64,000 bases of DNA from an uncultured Acidobacteriaceae bacterium (GTDB lineage Bacteria; Acidobacteriota; Terriglobia; Terriglobales; Acidobacteriaceae), in NCBI GenBank assembly GCA_963732305.1, contig CAVSYW010000002.1:860694-924693 (forward strand), given 5' to 3'. Below are positions 46,124 to 55,734 of the stretch, one piece after another. The translations under genes were made by a program, and so were the position numbers. The stretch's first letter is position 1; every line of letters begins with the position of its first letter. The notes under the pieces were generated by a model. It searched no databases and was not told where the DNA came from. It saw nothing but the letters and a program-made list of their open reading frames with translations.

Positions 46124-48322
46124 TCAGTATCCGAAGATCTCGACGAGCATGCGGTTGATCTCGGGATCGCTGCGGAGTTCATTCAGGAAAAGGGCGGAAG
46201 TAGCGGTAAGACTGAAGGCGGGCGTGGATTCAGCCTGTACGCTGGCGAGTGCCTGGCGAATGACTGGGATGTCATCCAATCCGGCGTGAACGGACAAGAG
46301 CGTGAAGGCAGGAACGAATTCGCCCCGGCTGCTGCGGTCTTCCAGTTCATTCAATAGGCGGAGGGCGTCATTGCGGCGCCCTGCTCGGCCGTACGCCGTT
46401 CCCAGCAGACCGATGAAGAGCGGCGCGCGCGAGGCGGCGACGACCTTTTCCAGGGTTTCAACGGCCTCCTCGTTGCGGTGGAGAAGACACAGCGACAGAC
46501 CTTTGGCCCACTGCCCAAACAGGTAATCCGGCTGCAATTCCACCGCCTGCGAAGCGGACCGCAACGCCTGTTCAAAGCGCCCAGGGATTACGTAGGGAAA
46601 AGTTGCAAGGCCGTGGATAAACGGGGAAAGCGGATCCAGTTGCGAGGCCAGCGTGACATGAGCAAACGACTCGTCCGGGTGACGGTCCTGCGCCAGGAAT
46701 ATGCCGTAGTAGGCATGCGCGAGGGAGGAGCGGGGGTTGATGGCGAGAGCTTTCTGGAAGTGCGGGCCGGCTTCACGCCAATTGGAGACGAAGTAGAAGG
46801 CGTAGAAGGCACGCGAGAAGTTGACCTCCCAAAGTTCTGGAGCGAGCTCGAAGGCCTTGGTGACGGCGGCGAGCGCCGGCGATTTGCCTTCTTCGTGTGA
46901 GATCAAGCCGTAGACGCGCAGGATGCCGTAGCAATCGGCAAGCCCCGACCAGGCGAGGGCAAAACCGGGGTCGAGTTCAAGGGCCTGCTGGAAGCACTTC
47001 ATGCCCAGGCGTACGGAAGAGGGCGAGCGCTGGCTGCAGTGATGGCGGCCCTTGAGGTAAAGCTCGTAGGCCTCAAGGTTCTGGGTGGCCGGCTTGACGC
47101 CCGCTCCGAGGGCCACTTCGAGCTGATTGGCGATGGCGCGGGCAATTTCGTCCTGCACTTCAAAGATGTCTTCCATCTGCCGATCGTAGCGCTCCGACCA
47201 AAGCTGGAAGCCGTTCCCAGCGTCGACCAACTGCACGGTTACGCGGACGCGATTGCCGGCACGGCGCACACTGCCGTCAAGAACGTTGGCGACGTGAAGC
47301 TTCGACGCGATCTCGCCCATCGCGGTGTTCGTGCCTTTAAAGGAGAACGACGAGCTACGGGCGGCGACACGCAAGCCGTCAACTTGGCTCAACGCGATCA
47401 GAATCTCCTCGGCCAATCCGTCGCTGAAATATTCGTTTTCCTTGTCCGCGCTGAGATTGGCGAAGGGAAGAACGGCGATGGATGGAGTTTCGGACGAACG
47501 AACCGCGGGCTGCGTGAGATCCTTCAGCGCCTGTTTCAAGGGGCCCATGCCGGGAAAGCGGGCGGACGGGTCCTTCGCCATGCAGCGCGTGACGATCGAT
47601 TCCAGCCCCGGAGTTACATGAGGTGCGATCTCCCGCAGCGGGCGCGGTTCTTTATGGAGGACAGCTGCCATGGTTGAAATCGGCGATGCTTCGGAAAACG
47701 CACGCCTGCCGGAAAGCATCTCGTAGAGCAGCACACCGAACGCGAATACGTCGGAGCGGGCGTCTACGGGTTTGCACTCTACCTGCTCGGGCGACATGTA
47801 AGCTGCCGTTCCCAGGATGATTCCTGCCTGCGTCGCGCCCGAGATGGTTTCGTCGGATCCGGCAGTCTCCTGCACCTTCGCCAGTCCGAAGTCCAGCACC
47901 TTGACGCGGCCAGCGGCCTTGACGTTGGCCGGCTTGAGATCGCGATGGATGACGCCCCGCTGGTGCGCGTACTCCAACGCGTCCACAATCCGCTTCGCAA
48001 TACGCACCGCTTCCTCTACCGGGATCGGTCCCTTGGCGATGCGTTCCACCAGGGTGTCGCCTTCAATCAGCTCCATCACCAGCGCGCCTTCTTCTACGCC
48101 GTAGATGGTGGCGATGTTGGGGTGATTGAGCGAAGCCAGCACCTTGGCCTCGCGCGTGAAGCGGGCCAGCCTCTCAGGATCGTTGGCAAGCGCTGCAGGA
48201 AGAATTTTGATGGCGACTTCGCGGTCCAGCCGGGTGTCGGTAGCGCGGTAAACCTCGCCCATGCCTCCAGCGCCGAGCTTGGAAGTGAGCTTGTAGTGTG
48301 CGATGAAGGCTGGGTGGGCCAT
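46124..48322 (-). CDS. Soluble eukaryotic-like Ser/Thr kinase with TolB-like domain and TPR repeats
   Basis: LGAGGMGEVY, VAIK, HRDLKPAN, DFG, YMSPE; SIAVLPFANLS...YFSDGLAEE; TPR helices. Confidence 0.93.
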   Translation of the reverse strand: MAHPAFIAHYKLTSKLGAGGMGEVYRATDTRLDREVAIKILPAALANDPERLARFTREAKVLASLNHPNIATIYGVEEGALVMELIEGDTLVERIAKGPIPVEEAVRIAKRIVDALEYAHQRGVIHRDLKPANVKAAGRVKVLDFGLAKVQETAGSDETISGATQAGIILGTAAYMSPEQVECKPVDARSDVFAFGVLLYEMLSGRRAFSEASPISTMAAVLHKEPRPLREIAPHVTPGLESIVTRCMAKDPSARFPGMGPLKQALKDLTQPAVRSSETPSIAVLPFANLSADKENEYFSDGLAEEILIALSQVDGLRVAARSSSFSFKGTNTAMGEIASKLHVANVLDGSVRRAGNRVRVTVQLVDAGNGFQLWSERYDRQMEDIFEVQDEIARAIANQLEVALGAGVKPATQNLEAYELYLKGRHHCSQRSPSSVRLGMKCFQQALELDPGFALAWSGLADCYGILRVYGLISHEEGKSPALAAVTKAFELAPELWEVNFSRAFYAFYFVSNWREAGPHFQKALAINPRSSLAHAYYGIFLAQDRHPDESFAHVTLASQLDPLSPFIHGLATFPYVIPGRFEQALRSASQAVELQPDYLFGQWAKGLSLCLLHRNEEAVETLEKVVAASRAPLFIGLLGTAYGRAGRRNDALRLLNELEDRSSRGEFVPAFTLLSVHAGLDDIPVIRQALASVQAESTPAFSLTATSALFLNELRSDPEINRMLVEIFGY

Positions 48323-48526
48323 GGGCTTGCGTCAATCGAATCGTAGCATCTTTGTATAGATAGCTGGGATGTTTATGGAGAGGGCATGCGGAGAGCGGTT
48401 CGGCATTTCTCGTAGACGACGCTACGGCCCGGAATTCGTGGCATGGTGAAGTCTCTGAGTGCCGGGAGGCCCTCAGTACAGCCGGTCAGGAGACCGGCGG
48501 TACGATTTCCGGGCCTCGGTGGAACA

Positions 48527-49307
48527 CTAGATGGGGTTTTCGACGCGGCGCAGGATGGCGGCTACGCCGTTGACCGAGCCGGTGCCCTTGTCGAGGATCG
48601 GGGAGGTGCTGATTTCGACCTTCACTTTGCGACTGTTTCGTGTCAACAGCGTGGCAATGCCCTTGCAGTATCTCTCGATGGCGACGCGGCGATCGAGCGC
48701 TGGGCCATCGAGAGATTGATAGTCCAGAATCGGCACGGCTTCTTCAATGACTTTGCCTTCCAGTTCGCAGAGACCGAAAACCGAGAAGCGATTCAGCGGC
48801 GGGATTCGACAGACCGGACCAACCCAAGAATATCGGTGAGCACGACGGCCTCGGACACGGAGCGCACGGCGTTCTCCAGCCATTGGCAGGTGCGAAGTGC
48901 CTCTTCCAGCGCATTCATTCGTTCGGTCACATCCACGAAGAGCATGCGCATGCCGGCCGGTTTTCCTTCAGGGGTGCGGATCATGGTGCGATGCAACTCG
49001 TAGGTGCGGAATCTGCCGGAGCAATCGAAGATGGAGCGGCAGATGACGGGGGGCTCCTCGCCCGAGGCCATGAGAGAAAGAAAGGCGGCGGTGCTGCGAT
49101 TTTTTTCGTCGATGGCCAGCAGATCCCAACCGCTGTTTGCCGATGAGCTCGCCCTGTTCGGGATGGTGCAGGGCAAGGGTTGCGCGGTTGGCGCGCGTAA
49201 TGATGCCGCGCGCGTCCATCTCCACATAGGGCAGCGGGAGATGATCGATGTCGAGCATCGCAGTTCGGCCGCGGTTGCTGGGAAGCAATTTGAGAAGTTG
49301 CGTTCAT
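48527..49307 (-). pseudogene. Tandem PAS-domain protein split by four +1 frameshifts (~258 aa if repaired)
   Basis: LPLPYVEMDARGIITRANRA, ELIGK..WDLL, LTDILGLVRSV(N)PAAESLLG, VEISTSPILD; shifts ~49281, 49137, 48807, 48778. Confidence 0.7.
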
Positions 49308-50273
49308 CGTGCTCTCCCGCTGGTGGTAAGCAAGGTGATTTTGTAGACATCGTCGGCGCTTTTCAGGCGCTCGATCGGGCGTCAGGTCGAAGGTGATGGG
49401 GATGCGCAGCATGGTGGCGCGTCCGCCGATGTTGACGGTGGTTTCGCGATTCTGCATGGCGATGCGATCCAGCTCCGCGGTGAGAATCTGATCGTTGGCG
49501 CGGCCCTGCAGAATGGCCAGCAGCGAAGAGTCGCTCCAGTGATAAATGGCGTCGTCGGAGTGGAGGCTTTCGGTGAGAAACGCGGAGACGGCCATGAGGC
49601 AGTCTTCCACTGCTTCCGGGCCGAAGCGCTGGTTGATCATGGTGAGGCAGCTCAAGCGGAAGAGCACGATGAAGCCCCGCTCGCCGCTTTCCATGAGGCG
49701 CTTTACGTGCTCGATGGCGCTGCCGCCGCCGCGCAGACCCGCGGCGTTCAGGTTTTCTGTGGAGTGGTCGGCGGTGCGGAACTGCGAAGCCTCGATTGGA
49801 GCAGACTCAGCGCCTGCGGGATGGAGAAAAGTCTCCAGCCGCTCGTGATAATCCTGGGCGCTTTCGGACGAGGTCACGCTTGCGAGCTTGCTGAGCAGCA
49901 CGGAGGGGTTGGGCGCGGAAGCATCGATGCCGAGGCTTTTCAAAAGCTCACGGAAGAGAAGCGAAGCGATGGCGCGCCATTCCGTGGTGCGATTGCGCAA
50001 CTCGGATTCGCTGCGGTTACGATAGCTTTCAAACTCGCTCAACACGGCGCGCACCTGCGCCAGCTTTTCTTCTTCGGGCAGGCGGTCAGGCAGTTGCAGG
50101 GCGAGTTTGGCCACGCTCGAGCGAAACTCCTTGTAGATTTCGCCGTCGATTTCGGGAACGCCGCGGGCCGTGCCTTCCACTACGAGGGTAAGGACGCGCT
50201 CCGGGTTGGGGAGGACGACCGCGGTTTTCTCCGGGCTCGATCCTTTCAATCCGGCCATTTGGCGCAGGTTCAT
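49304..50273 (-). CDS. Degenerate GGDEF-like domain protein (one +1 frameshift near 49378)
   Basis: AGLRGGGS, INQRFGPEAVEDCL, DDAIYHWSDSSLLAIL (GGDEF position reads WSDSS); repaired stop TGA overlaps the PAS gene ATG. Confidence 0.7.
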
Positions 50274-50395
50274 CCGGGATGGGCTCCTGCTCGTTTTTAT
50301 CGGCAAAGATTGCGGCGCCAATAGGCACCGAGGGGCGGGAATTCCATAGGCGCTGGTGTTCTGACCTCGTGATTTAGTTAACATTGCCGGAGGAG

Positions 50396-50443
50396 CGCGG
50401 GCGTGGACGCCCGCACGACAGCCGGTCTGGAGACCGGCGTTAC
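50396..50443. repeat. Double-hairpin REP-like family B
   Basis: GCGGGCGT-GG-ACGCCCGC-acgaca-GCCGGTC-TGGA-GACCGGC-gttac. Confidence 0.75.
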
Positions 50444-50525
50444 TACTCCGGCGGACTCGTCACCGGTTCGCTCGCGGGCGCTGCGCGTAAACTCGACCTC
50501 TTGTACACTAAATAGGTACAAGGCC

Positions 50526-51617
50526 ATGAAAACTAAACAACCTGTAGGCATCCTGGGCGCGACTGGAATGGTCGGCCAGCGTTATATTCAACTGCTCGAA
50601 AACCATCCCTGGTTCGAGGTGAGCTGGGTTGCGGCCAGCGACCGGTCGAGTGGAAAGACTTACGGCGAGGCGGCGAAGTGGCGATTGGATACGCCGCTGC
50701 CCGAGCGCATCGCGAAGATGGTGGTGGCGCCGGCCGAACCGGAAGGCGTGCCGAAGATTATTTTTGCCAGCGTGGACGCGGCGATTGCGCGCGAGATGGA
50801 ACCGAAGTTTGCCGCGGCCGGCTGCGCCGTGATCTCGAACTCGAGCGCCTTCCGCATGACGCCGAACGTGCCGCTTGTGATTCCCGAGGTGAATGCCGAT
50901 CACCTGCACCTGATTGAAGAGCAGCCGACGCGCAAGGAATCGGGCGGCTACATTGTGACCAATCCCAACTGCTCGACGATTGGATTGGTGATGGCGCTGA
51001 AGCCGATCGAGGAGCGCTTCGGCATCGAGACGATTTTTGTGACGACAATGCAGGCTGTCAGCGGCGCGGGCTATCCCGGCGTGGCGTCGATGGATATTCT
51101 CGACAACGTGGTGCCGTATATCGGCAGCGAAGAAGAGAAGATGGAGGCGGAGACGCTGAAGCTGCTGGGCCGGATGGAGAGCCACGGCGTGGCTCCGCTG
51201 GGCGCGAAGATTACGGCGCACTGCAATCGCGTGCCGGTGGTGGACGGGCACACCGAATGTGTATCTCTGAAGCTCGGCAAGAAGCTGGGCAGGGAAGTGA
51301 CGCGCGAAGACATTCTGGCGGCATGGGCGGAGTTCAATCCGCTGGCCGGGCTGGAATTGCCGTTCGCCCCCGCGACGCCCGTGGTGTGGACCGCGCAAAA
51401 CGACCGGCCGCAACCGCGGCTCGATCGCAATCGTGGCAGCGGCATGGCGGTGACGGTGGGACGGTTGCGCCCGTGCACTGCGCTTGACTGGAAGTTCGTA
51501 CTGCTTTCGCATAACACCGTGCGCGGCGCGGCCGGCGCAACCATTTTGAATGCCGAGATGCTGGTGAGCCTGGGGAAACTGGAAAACAGCTCTCAGCTTT
51601 CAGCTGTCAGCTCTTAG
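50526..51617 (+). CDS. asd: Aspartate-semialdehyde dehydrogenase
   Basis: GILGATGMVGQ, SNSSAFRM, NPNCST, QAVSGAGYPG, CNRVPVVDGH, HNTVRGAAG. Confidence 0.96.
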   Translation: MKTKQPVGILGATGMVGQRYIQLLENHPWFEVSWVAASDRSSGKTYGEAAKWRLDTPLPERIAKMVVAPAEPEGVPKIIFASVDAAIAREMEPKFAAAGCAVISNSSAFRMTPNVPLVIPEVNADHLHLIEEQPTRKESGGYIVTNPNCSTIGLVMALKPIEERFGIETIFVTTMQAVSGAGYPGVASMDILDNVVPYIGSEEEKMEAETLKLLGRMESHGVAPLGAKITAHCNRVPVVDGHTECVSLKLGKKLGREVTREDILAAWAEFNPLAGLELPFAPATPVVWTAQNDRPQPRLDRNRGSGMAVTVGRLRPCTALDWKFVLLSHNTVRGAAGATILNAEMLVSLGKLENSSQLSAVSS

Positions 51618-51621
51618 CTTG
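51587..51621. repeat. Heptamer array CAGCT(N2)x5 containing the asd stop; inverted array at 51721-51755
   Basis: cagctct cagcttt cagctgt cagctct tagcttg. Confidence 0.85.
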
Positions 51622-51765
51622 TTGTGCGGGCGGTGGGTGGCATTGGCTGACAACCGATTTTCGGGCGGAGCGGCGTGAGGGAAGAATCTTGCGCGGGCCT
51701 CGGGAGCCGGCGGAAGAAAATAGCTGAAGGCTGATAGCTGATGGCTGAAAGCTGGTTTGGATTAC

Positions 51766-53193
51766 ATGAACTTGGTAGTGATGAAGTTTGGCGGCACGTC
51801 GGTAGAAGATGCGGCGGCGATTGGACGAACCGCGGCCATTGTGGCTGGGCGCGTGGCCCTGGGCAAGAGTCCGGTGGTGGTGGTGAGCGCCATGGCCAAG
51901 GTGACCGACCAGTTGCTGCGCGCCGCGTCCGCGGCTTCGCAGGGTGATCGTGCCGGTGCCCTCGCCATTAGTTCGCGCCTCCGCTGCCGGCATTGCGATA
52001 CCGCGCGCGACCTGGTGAAGGATGCGGCCGAAATCGCCGCGCTGGTCCGAATCCTCGATGAGAAATTCGCGACACTCGATGAAGTGCTGCGCGGCCTGGC
52101 GGCGATTCGCGAGCTTACGCCGCGTATCTCCGATCTGATTGTGAGCTACGGCGAGCGGCTTTCGAGCCGCATCGTGACTGCGGCCTTTCGAGAACGCGGC
52201 GTTAACGCGGCGCATGTGGACGCGCGCGAAGTGATCGTCACCGATTCGGAGTTTCAGAAGGCCGCGCCGCTCGACGACATTATTGAAAAGCGCGCGCAGG
52301 AGAAACTGCTGCCGCTTCTCGGCGAGGGCAAGGTGCCGGTGATGGGCGGCTTCATCGCGTCGAACGAAGCGGGACTGACGACAACGCTGGGTCGCGGCGG
52401 ATCGGATTACACCGGCGCACTCGTGGGCGGCGCGCTCGAGTCCGAGACCATCGAGATCTGGACCGACGTGGACGGCATCATGACCGCCGATCCGCGCGTG
52501 TGTCCCGATGCGCTGCGCGTGAAGGTGATCAGCTTTGAGGAGGCGGCGGAGCTGGCGTACTTCGGCGCCAAGGTGCTGCACCCGGCCACGATTTTGCCTG
52601 CGGTGAAGAAAAATATTCCGGTGCTGGTGCTGAACAGCCGCAACGCGGCATGCGAAGGCACGCGCATTATCTCCGTTGCGCCGCACTGCAAGAGCCCGTT
52701 CAAGTCGATCGCCGTCAAAAGAAAGCTGACCATCATCGACATTGTGGCCAGCCGCATGCTGATGACGCACGGCTACCTGAGTAAGATGTTCGCGATCTTC
52801 GACCGGCACAAGTGCCCCATCGATATGGTTTCGACGAGCGAGGTTTCGATCTCCGTTACGGTCGACTCGAACGCGAGCCTGCCCCAAATTGACGCCGACC
52901 TGAAGGCGCTGGCCGACGTGACTTACGAGGGCAAGAAGGCGCTGATCTGCATGGTGGGCGAGGACATTCGCGGCCAGCAAGGCATTGCCGCGAAGGTGTT
53001 CAATGCCATCCGGCACGTGAACGTGCGCATGATCTCGCAGGGCGCAAGCGAAATCAACATGAGCTTCATGATCGAAGAGGATGATGCCGATGAGGCGGTG
53101 CGCTCGCTGCACGCGGCGTTTTTCAAAGAGCCCGATCCGGAGATCTTCGACGTGGAAGCGAGGAAACAGTTGTCAGTGATCAGTGGTCAGTGA
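51766..53193 (+). CDS. lysC: Aspartate kinase (LysC, two ACT domains)
   Basis: VMKFGGTSV, SYGERLS, TTLGRGGSDY, WTDVDG, FGAKVLHP, STSEVS, SQGAS. Confidence 0.96.
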   Translation: MNLVVMKFGGTSVEDAAAIGRTAAIVAGRVALGKSPVVVVSAMAKVTDQLLRAASAASQGDRAGALAISSRLRCRHCDTARDLVKDAAEIAALVRILDEKFATLDEVLRGLAAIRELTPRISDLIVSYGERLSSRIVTAAFRERGVNAAHVDAREVIVTDSEFQKAAPLDDIIEKRAQEKLLPLLGEGKVPVMGGFIASNEAGLTTTLGRGGSDYTGALVGGALESETIEIWTDVDGIMTADPRVCPDALRVKVISFEEAAELAYFGAKVLHPATILPAVKKNIPVLVLNSRNAACEGTRIISVAPHCKSPFKSIAVKRKLTIIDIVASRMLMTHGYLSKMFAIFDRHKCPIDMVSTSEVSISVTVDSNASLPQIDADLKALADVTYEGKKALICMVGEDIRGQQGIAAKVFNAIRHVNVRMISQGASEINMSFMIEEDDADEAVRSLHAAFFKEPDPEIFDVEARKQLSVISGQ

Positions 53194-53256
53194 TCAGAGA
53201 ATCGTGCACCGTGCGTCGTGACCTGATCACGGTCCACGAACCACGGTCCACGATTC
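53167..53256. repeat. Heptamer arrays (CAGTGAT/CAGTGGT containing the lysC stop; then inverted NNNCGTG/CCACGNN sets)
   Basis: cagttgt cagtgat cagtggt cagtgat cagagaa; aatcgtg caccgtg cgtcgtg ... ccacgaa ccacggt ccacgat. Confidence 0.75.
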
Positions 53257-53267
53257 CGAAGGAACCT

Positions 53268-53945
53268 ATGCTGATTCTCGTTCTGGGCAAGGGGAAGACC
53301 GGCAGCCTGGTGGCCGAAGTGGCGCTGGAGAGCGGCCACGGCGTGCGCGCGCTCGACATCAACGAGAATCCTCATGCCTCGGCGCTGACGGCTCCGAACC
53401 TCGCCGGCGTCGATGTGGTCATCGACTTCACCGCTCCCGAAGCGGCCGTGGAAAACATACGCGCGGTGCTGGCGCTGGGCGGGCGCATCGTGGTCGGTAC
53501 GACTGGCTGGTATGCGAAGCTCGACGAGATCAAGGCGCTCGCTCGCCAGCGCGGCGGCGGGTTGCTTTACGGGACGAATTTTTCCATCGGCGTACAGAAG
53601 CTCTTCCAATTGACGGCGGAGTTGGCTAAGCTCGAGGGCTACAAGTTCTCCATCGACGAGACGCATCACGTGACCAAACTCGATGCGCCCTCCGGAACGG
53701 CGATTACTCTCAAAGAAATCATTCTTGGCGTGCGGCCGGGCATCGATGTGCCGATCGAGTCGAATCGTGTGGGCGATGCCAAGGGCGAGCACCTGGTGCG
53801 CGCGTCGAGCGACTGCGATGTGCTGGAACTGCGGCATGACGCGCATTCGCGGCGCGGCTTCGCGCTGGGCGCGGTGCGCGGAGCGGAATGGCTGGCCGGC
53901 AAGTCCGGCGCATGGGAGTTCCGGGAGATTTTCGATCAGCTCTGA
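53268..53945 (+). CDS. dapB: 4-hydroxy-tetrahydrodipicolinate reductase
   Basis: LGKGKTG, VIDFT, VVGTTGW, NFSIG, ETHHVTKLDAPSGTA, GFALGA. Confidence 0.94.
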   Translation: MLILVLGKGKTGSLVAEVALESGHGVRALDINENPHASALTAPNLAGVDVVIDFTAPEAAVENIRAVLALGGRIVVGTTGWYAKLDEIKALARQRGGGLLYGTNFSIGVQKLFQLTAELAKLEGYKFSIDETHHVTKLDAPSGTAITLKEIILGVRPGIDVPIESNRVGDAKGEHLVRASSDCDVLELRHDAHSRRGFALGAVRGAEWLAGKSGAWEFREIFDQL

Positions 53946-53971
53946 TCGGACAGCGTACTTTGATTCTTATC

Positions 53972-54067
53972 ATGCTTGAGGAGCAGTTCGACCTGAAAAT
54001 CGTTCCTTCCAAAGGCCCGGTCGAGGTCATCGTCATCGACCACATCGAGAAGTCCTCGGCCAACTGA
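53972..54067 (+). pseudogene. Remnant C-terminus of a TIGR03435-like (acidobacterial expanded family) gene
   Basis: LEEQFDLKIVPSKGPVEVIVIDHIEKSSAN* resembles the family terminus recalled as LQEQLGLKL..xKGPVEVLVIDHVEKPSEN. Confidence 0.6.
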
Positions 54068-54088
54068 ACCTTGTCTGGTGCAAGAGTA

Positions 54089-54128
54089 AATAACAAACAT
54101 TGACAAAGTCTGTTATTCGGTTCAGCAT
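54089..54128 (+). promoter_or_regulatory. TA operon promoter/operator
   Basis: TTGACA 54100-54105 flanked by inverted repeat AATAACA-N15-TGTTATT. Confidence 0.5.
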
Positions 54129-54149
54129 GAGAAACAGGAGATTTTCCCT

Positions 54150-54416
54150 ATGAATGTTTCTCTTACCCCGGAACTGGACAAATTTGTAGCCAATAAAGTG
54201 AAAACGGGTCGCTACACCTCGGCGAGCGAAGTGGTGCGTGAGGCGCTGCGGTTGCTTGAAGAGCAAGACAAGACGCGCGAGGCGCGGCTGGAAGAGTTCA
54301 ACCGCGAGTTGAAGCGTCGAATTGACGCCCTCGACCGGGGCGAGTTCGTGACTGCCGAGGAAGTGCGCGAACACTTTCGCAAGAGATCGGAACAGCGGAG
54401 GAAACGGATCGGATGA
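54150..54416 (+). CDS. parD: ParD-family antitoxin (RHH)
   Basis: MNVSLTPEL..V..GRYTSASEVVREALRLL. Confidence 0.9.
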   Translation: MNVSLTPELDKFVANKVKTGRYTSASEVVREALRLLEEQDKTREARLEEFNRELKRRIDALDRGEFVTAEEVREHFRKRSEQRRKRIG

Positions 54417-54718
54417 GCGGGTATGTTCTGAGCGGCGAAGCGCTCCTTGAACTCGATGACATATGGAGCTACATCGCTCAGGACAAACCCGAAGCCGCAG
54501 ATCGTTGGATATCGAAACTTCTTGAGGCCTGCGAAACGCTCGCACACAATCCGCAGTTAGGGCACCCCCGCGTTGAGCTCGCCGATAAATCGTTCCTGTT
54601 TTGGCCGGTGGGCGCATATCTACTTGTCTATCGGTTCCTGAGCGACCGTATTGAAATTGTGGCCGTAACGCAGGGCGCGCGAGATATACCGTCTTTCCTG
54701 CGCGAGCGCAGCCAATAA
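54413..54718 (+). CDS. parE: ParE/RelE-family toxin
   Basis: ALLELDDIWSYIAQD, NPQLGHPR, YLLVYR, IEIVAV; ATGA overlap. Confidence 0.9.
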   Translation: MSGYVLSGEALLELDDIWSYIAQDKPEAADRWISKLLEACETLAHNPQLGHPRVELADKSFLFWPVGAYLLVYRFLSDRIEIVAVTQGARDIPSFLRERSQ

Positions 54719-54796
54719 CAAACTCGATCATGTTGGGGGAAGACGCAGCCGGGTTTTCGCACCTGGTTCGCTCTACCGTTATAAACTTGAGCTGTT

Positions 54797-55726
54797 ATGG
54801 AAATGACGGGTTGCGGTACTGCAATTGTGACGCCCTTCAGGGGCGATGGATCGGTGGATGAGCCGGCGCTGTGGTCGCTGGTGAATTGGCAGATCGAGTC
54901 GGGGATCGATTTTCTGGTGGTGTGCGGATCGACGGGCGAGGCCGCGACGCTGGACGAAGAAGAGTGGCTGCATACCATTCGGCTTGTGATCGATGCCGCG
55001 GCGGGGCGCGTTCCCATCTGGGCCGGCTGCACGCATAACGCCACGCGCGTGTTGCTGCGGCAGGCGGCGCTGCTCAAGCGCGTGCCTGGAGTGGCCGCGA
55101 TACTTTCGGCAAATCCCTATTACAACAAGCCGACGCAGGAGGGGCAGTTCCAGCATTTTCTGGCGCTGGCGCGCGAGGTGGATCCGCTGCCGGTGTGCGT
55201 TTACAACGTGCCGGGACGCACGGCCGCTAACCTGGAGCCCGAGACCGTAGCGCGATTGGCCGCAGCTGCCAACAATATTGAAGCGATCAAAGAAGCTGCC
55301 GGCAAGTTGACGCAGTTTACCGAGCTTGCGCATGCGCTGCCGCGCGGTTTCAAGATTTTCTCGGGCGACGACAACCTGGCGCTTGCGGCTATCGCCGTGG
55401 GCGCGCATGGATTGATCAGCGTGGCTTCGAATGAGGCTCCGGCCGAGGTGACGCGCATGATTCGCGCGGCGCTCGAGAATCGCTGGGACGAGTCACGCGA
55501 TATGGAGCGGCGGTATTCGCGGCTGTTCGACGCCAACTTCTGGGAATCGAATCCCGGGCCGGTAAAAACTGTGCTGAGCCTGATGGGTCGCTGCGGCGAT
55601 ACGGTTCGTTTGCCGCTGGTGCCGCCCACGGCGGCTACGCGCGCCAAGCTGGAGAGGCTGGCCGGCGAGTTGGGTTTGCTGAAGCACACGCAGATTCCGG
55701 CGGGTGTTCGGTCGGAAGTTTATTGA
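54797..55726 (+). CDS. dapA: 4-hydroxy-tetrahydrodipicolinate synthase
   Basis: TAIVTPF, GSTGEA, NPYYNKP, YNVPGRT, AIKEA, SGDD, ESNPGPVK. Confidence 0.96.
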   Translation: MEMTGCGTAIVTPFRGDGSVDEPALWSLVNWQIESGIDFLVVCGSTGEAATLDEEEWLHTIRLVIDAAAGRVPIWAGCTHNATRVLLRQAALLKRVPGVAAILSANPYYNKPTQEGQFQHFLALAREVDPLPVCVYNVPGRTAANLEPETVARLAAAANNIEAIKEAAGKLTQFTELAHALPRGFKIFSGDDNLALAAIAVGAHGLISVASNEAPAEVTRMIRAALENRWDESRDMERRYSRLFDANFWESNPGPVKTVLSLMGRCGDTVRLPLVPPTAATRAKLERLAGELGLLKHTQIPAGVRSEVY

Positions 55727-55734
55727 AGAAAAAT

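Noticed and set aside
48981-50384. 467-aa single ORF as given by the ORF track
   Set aside because: Upstream 37 codons precede the RBS-supported ATG 50273, and the C-terminal part is out-of-frame read-through after the shift at ~49378.
51620-51765. Lysine riboswitch before lysC
   Set aside because: Only ~150 bp, partly heptamer repeats; no AGAGG(U/C)GC start motif or terminator.
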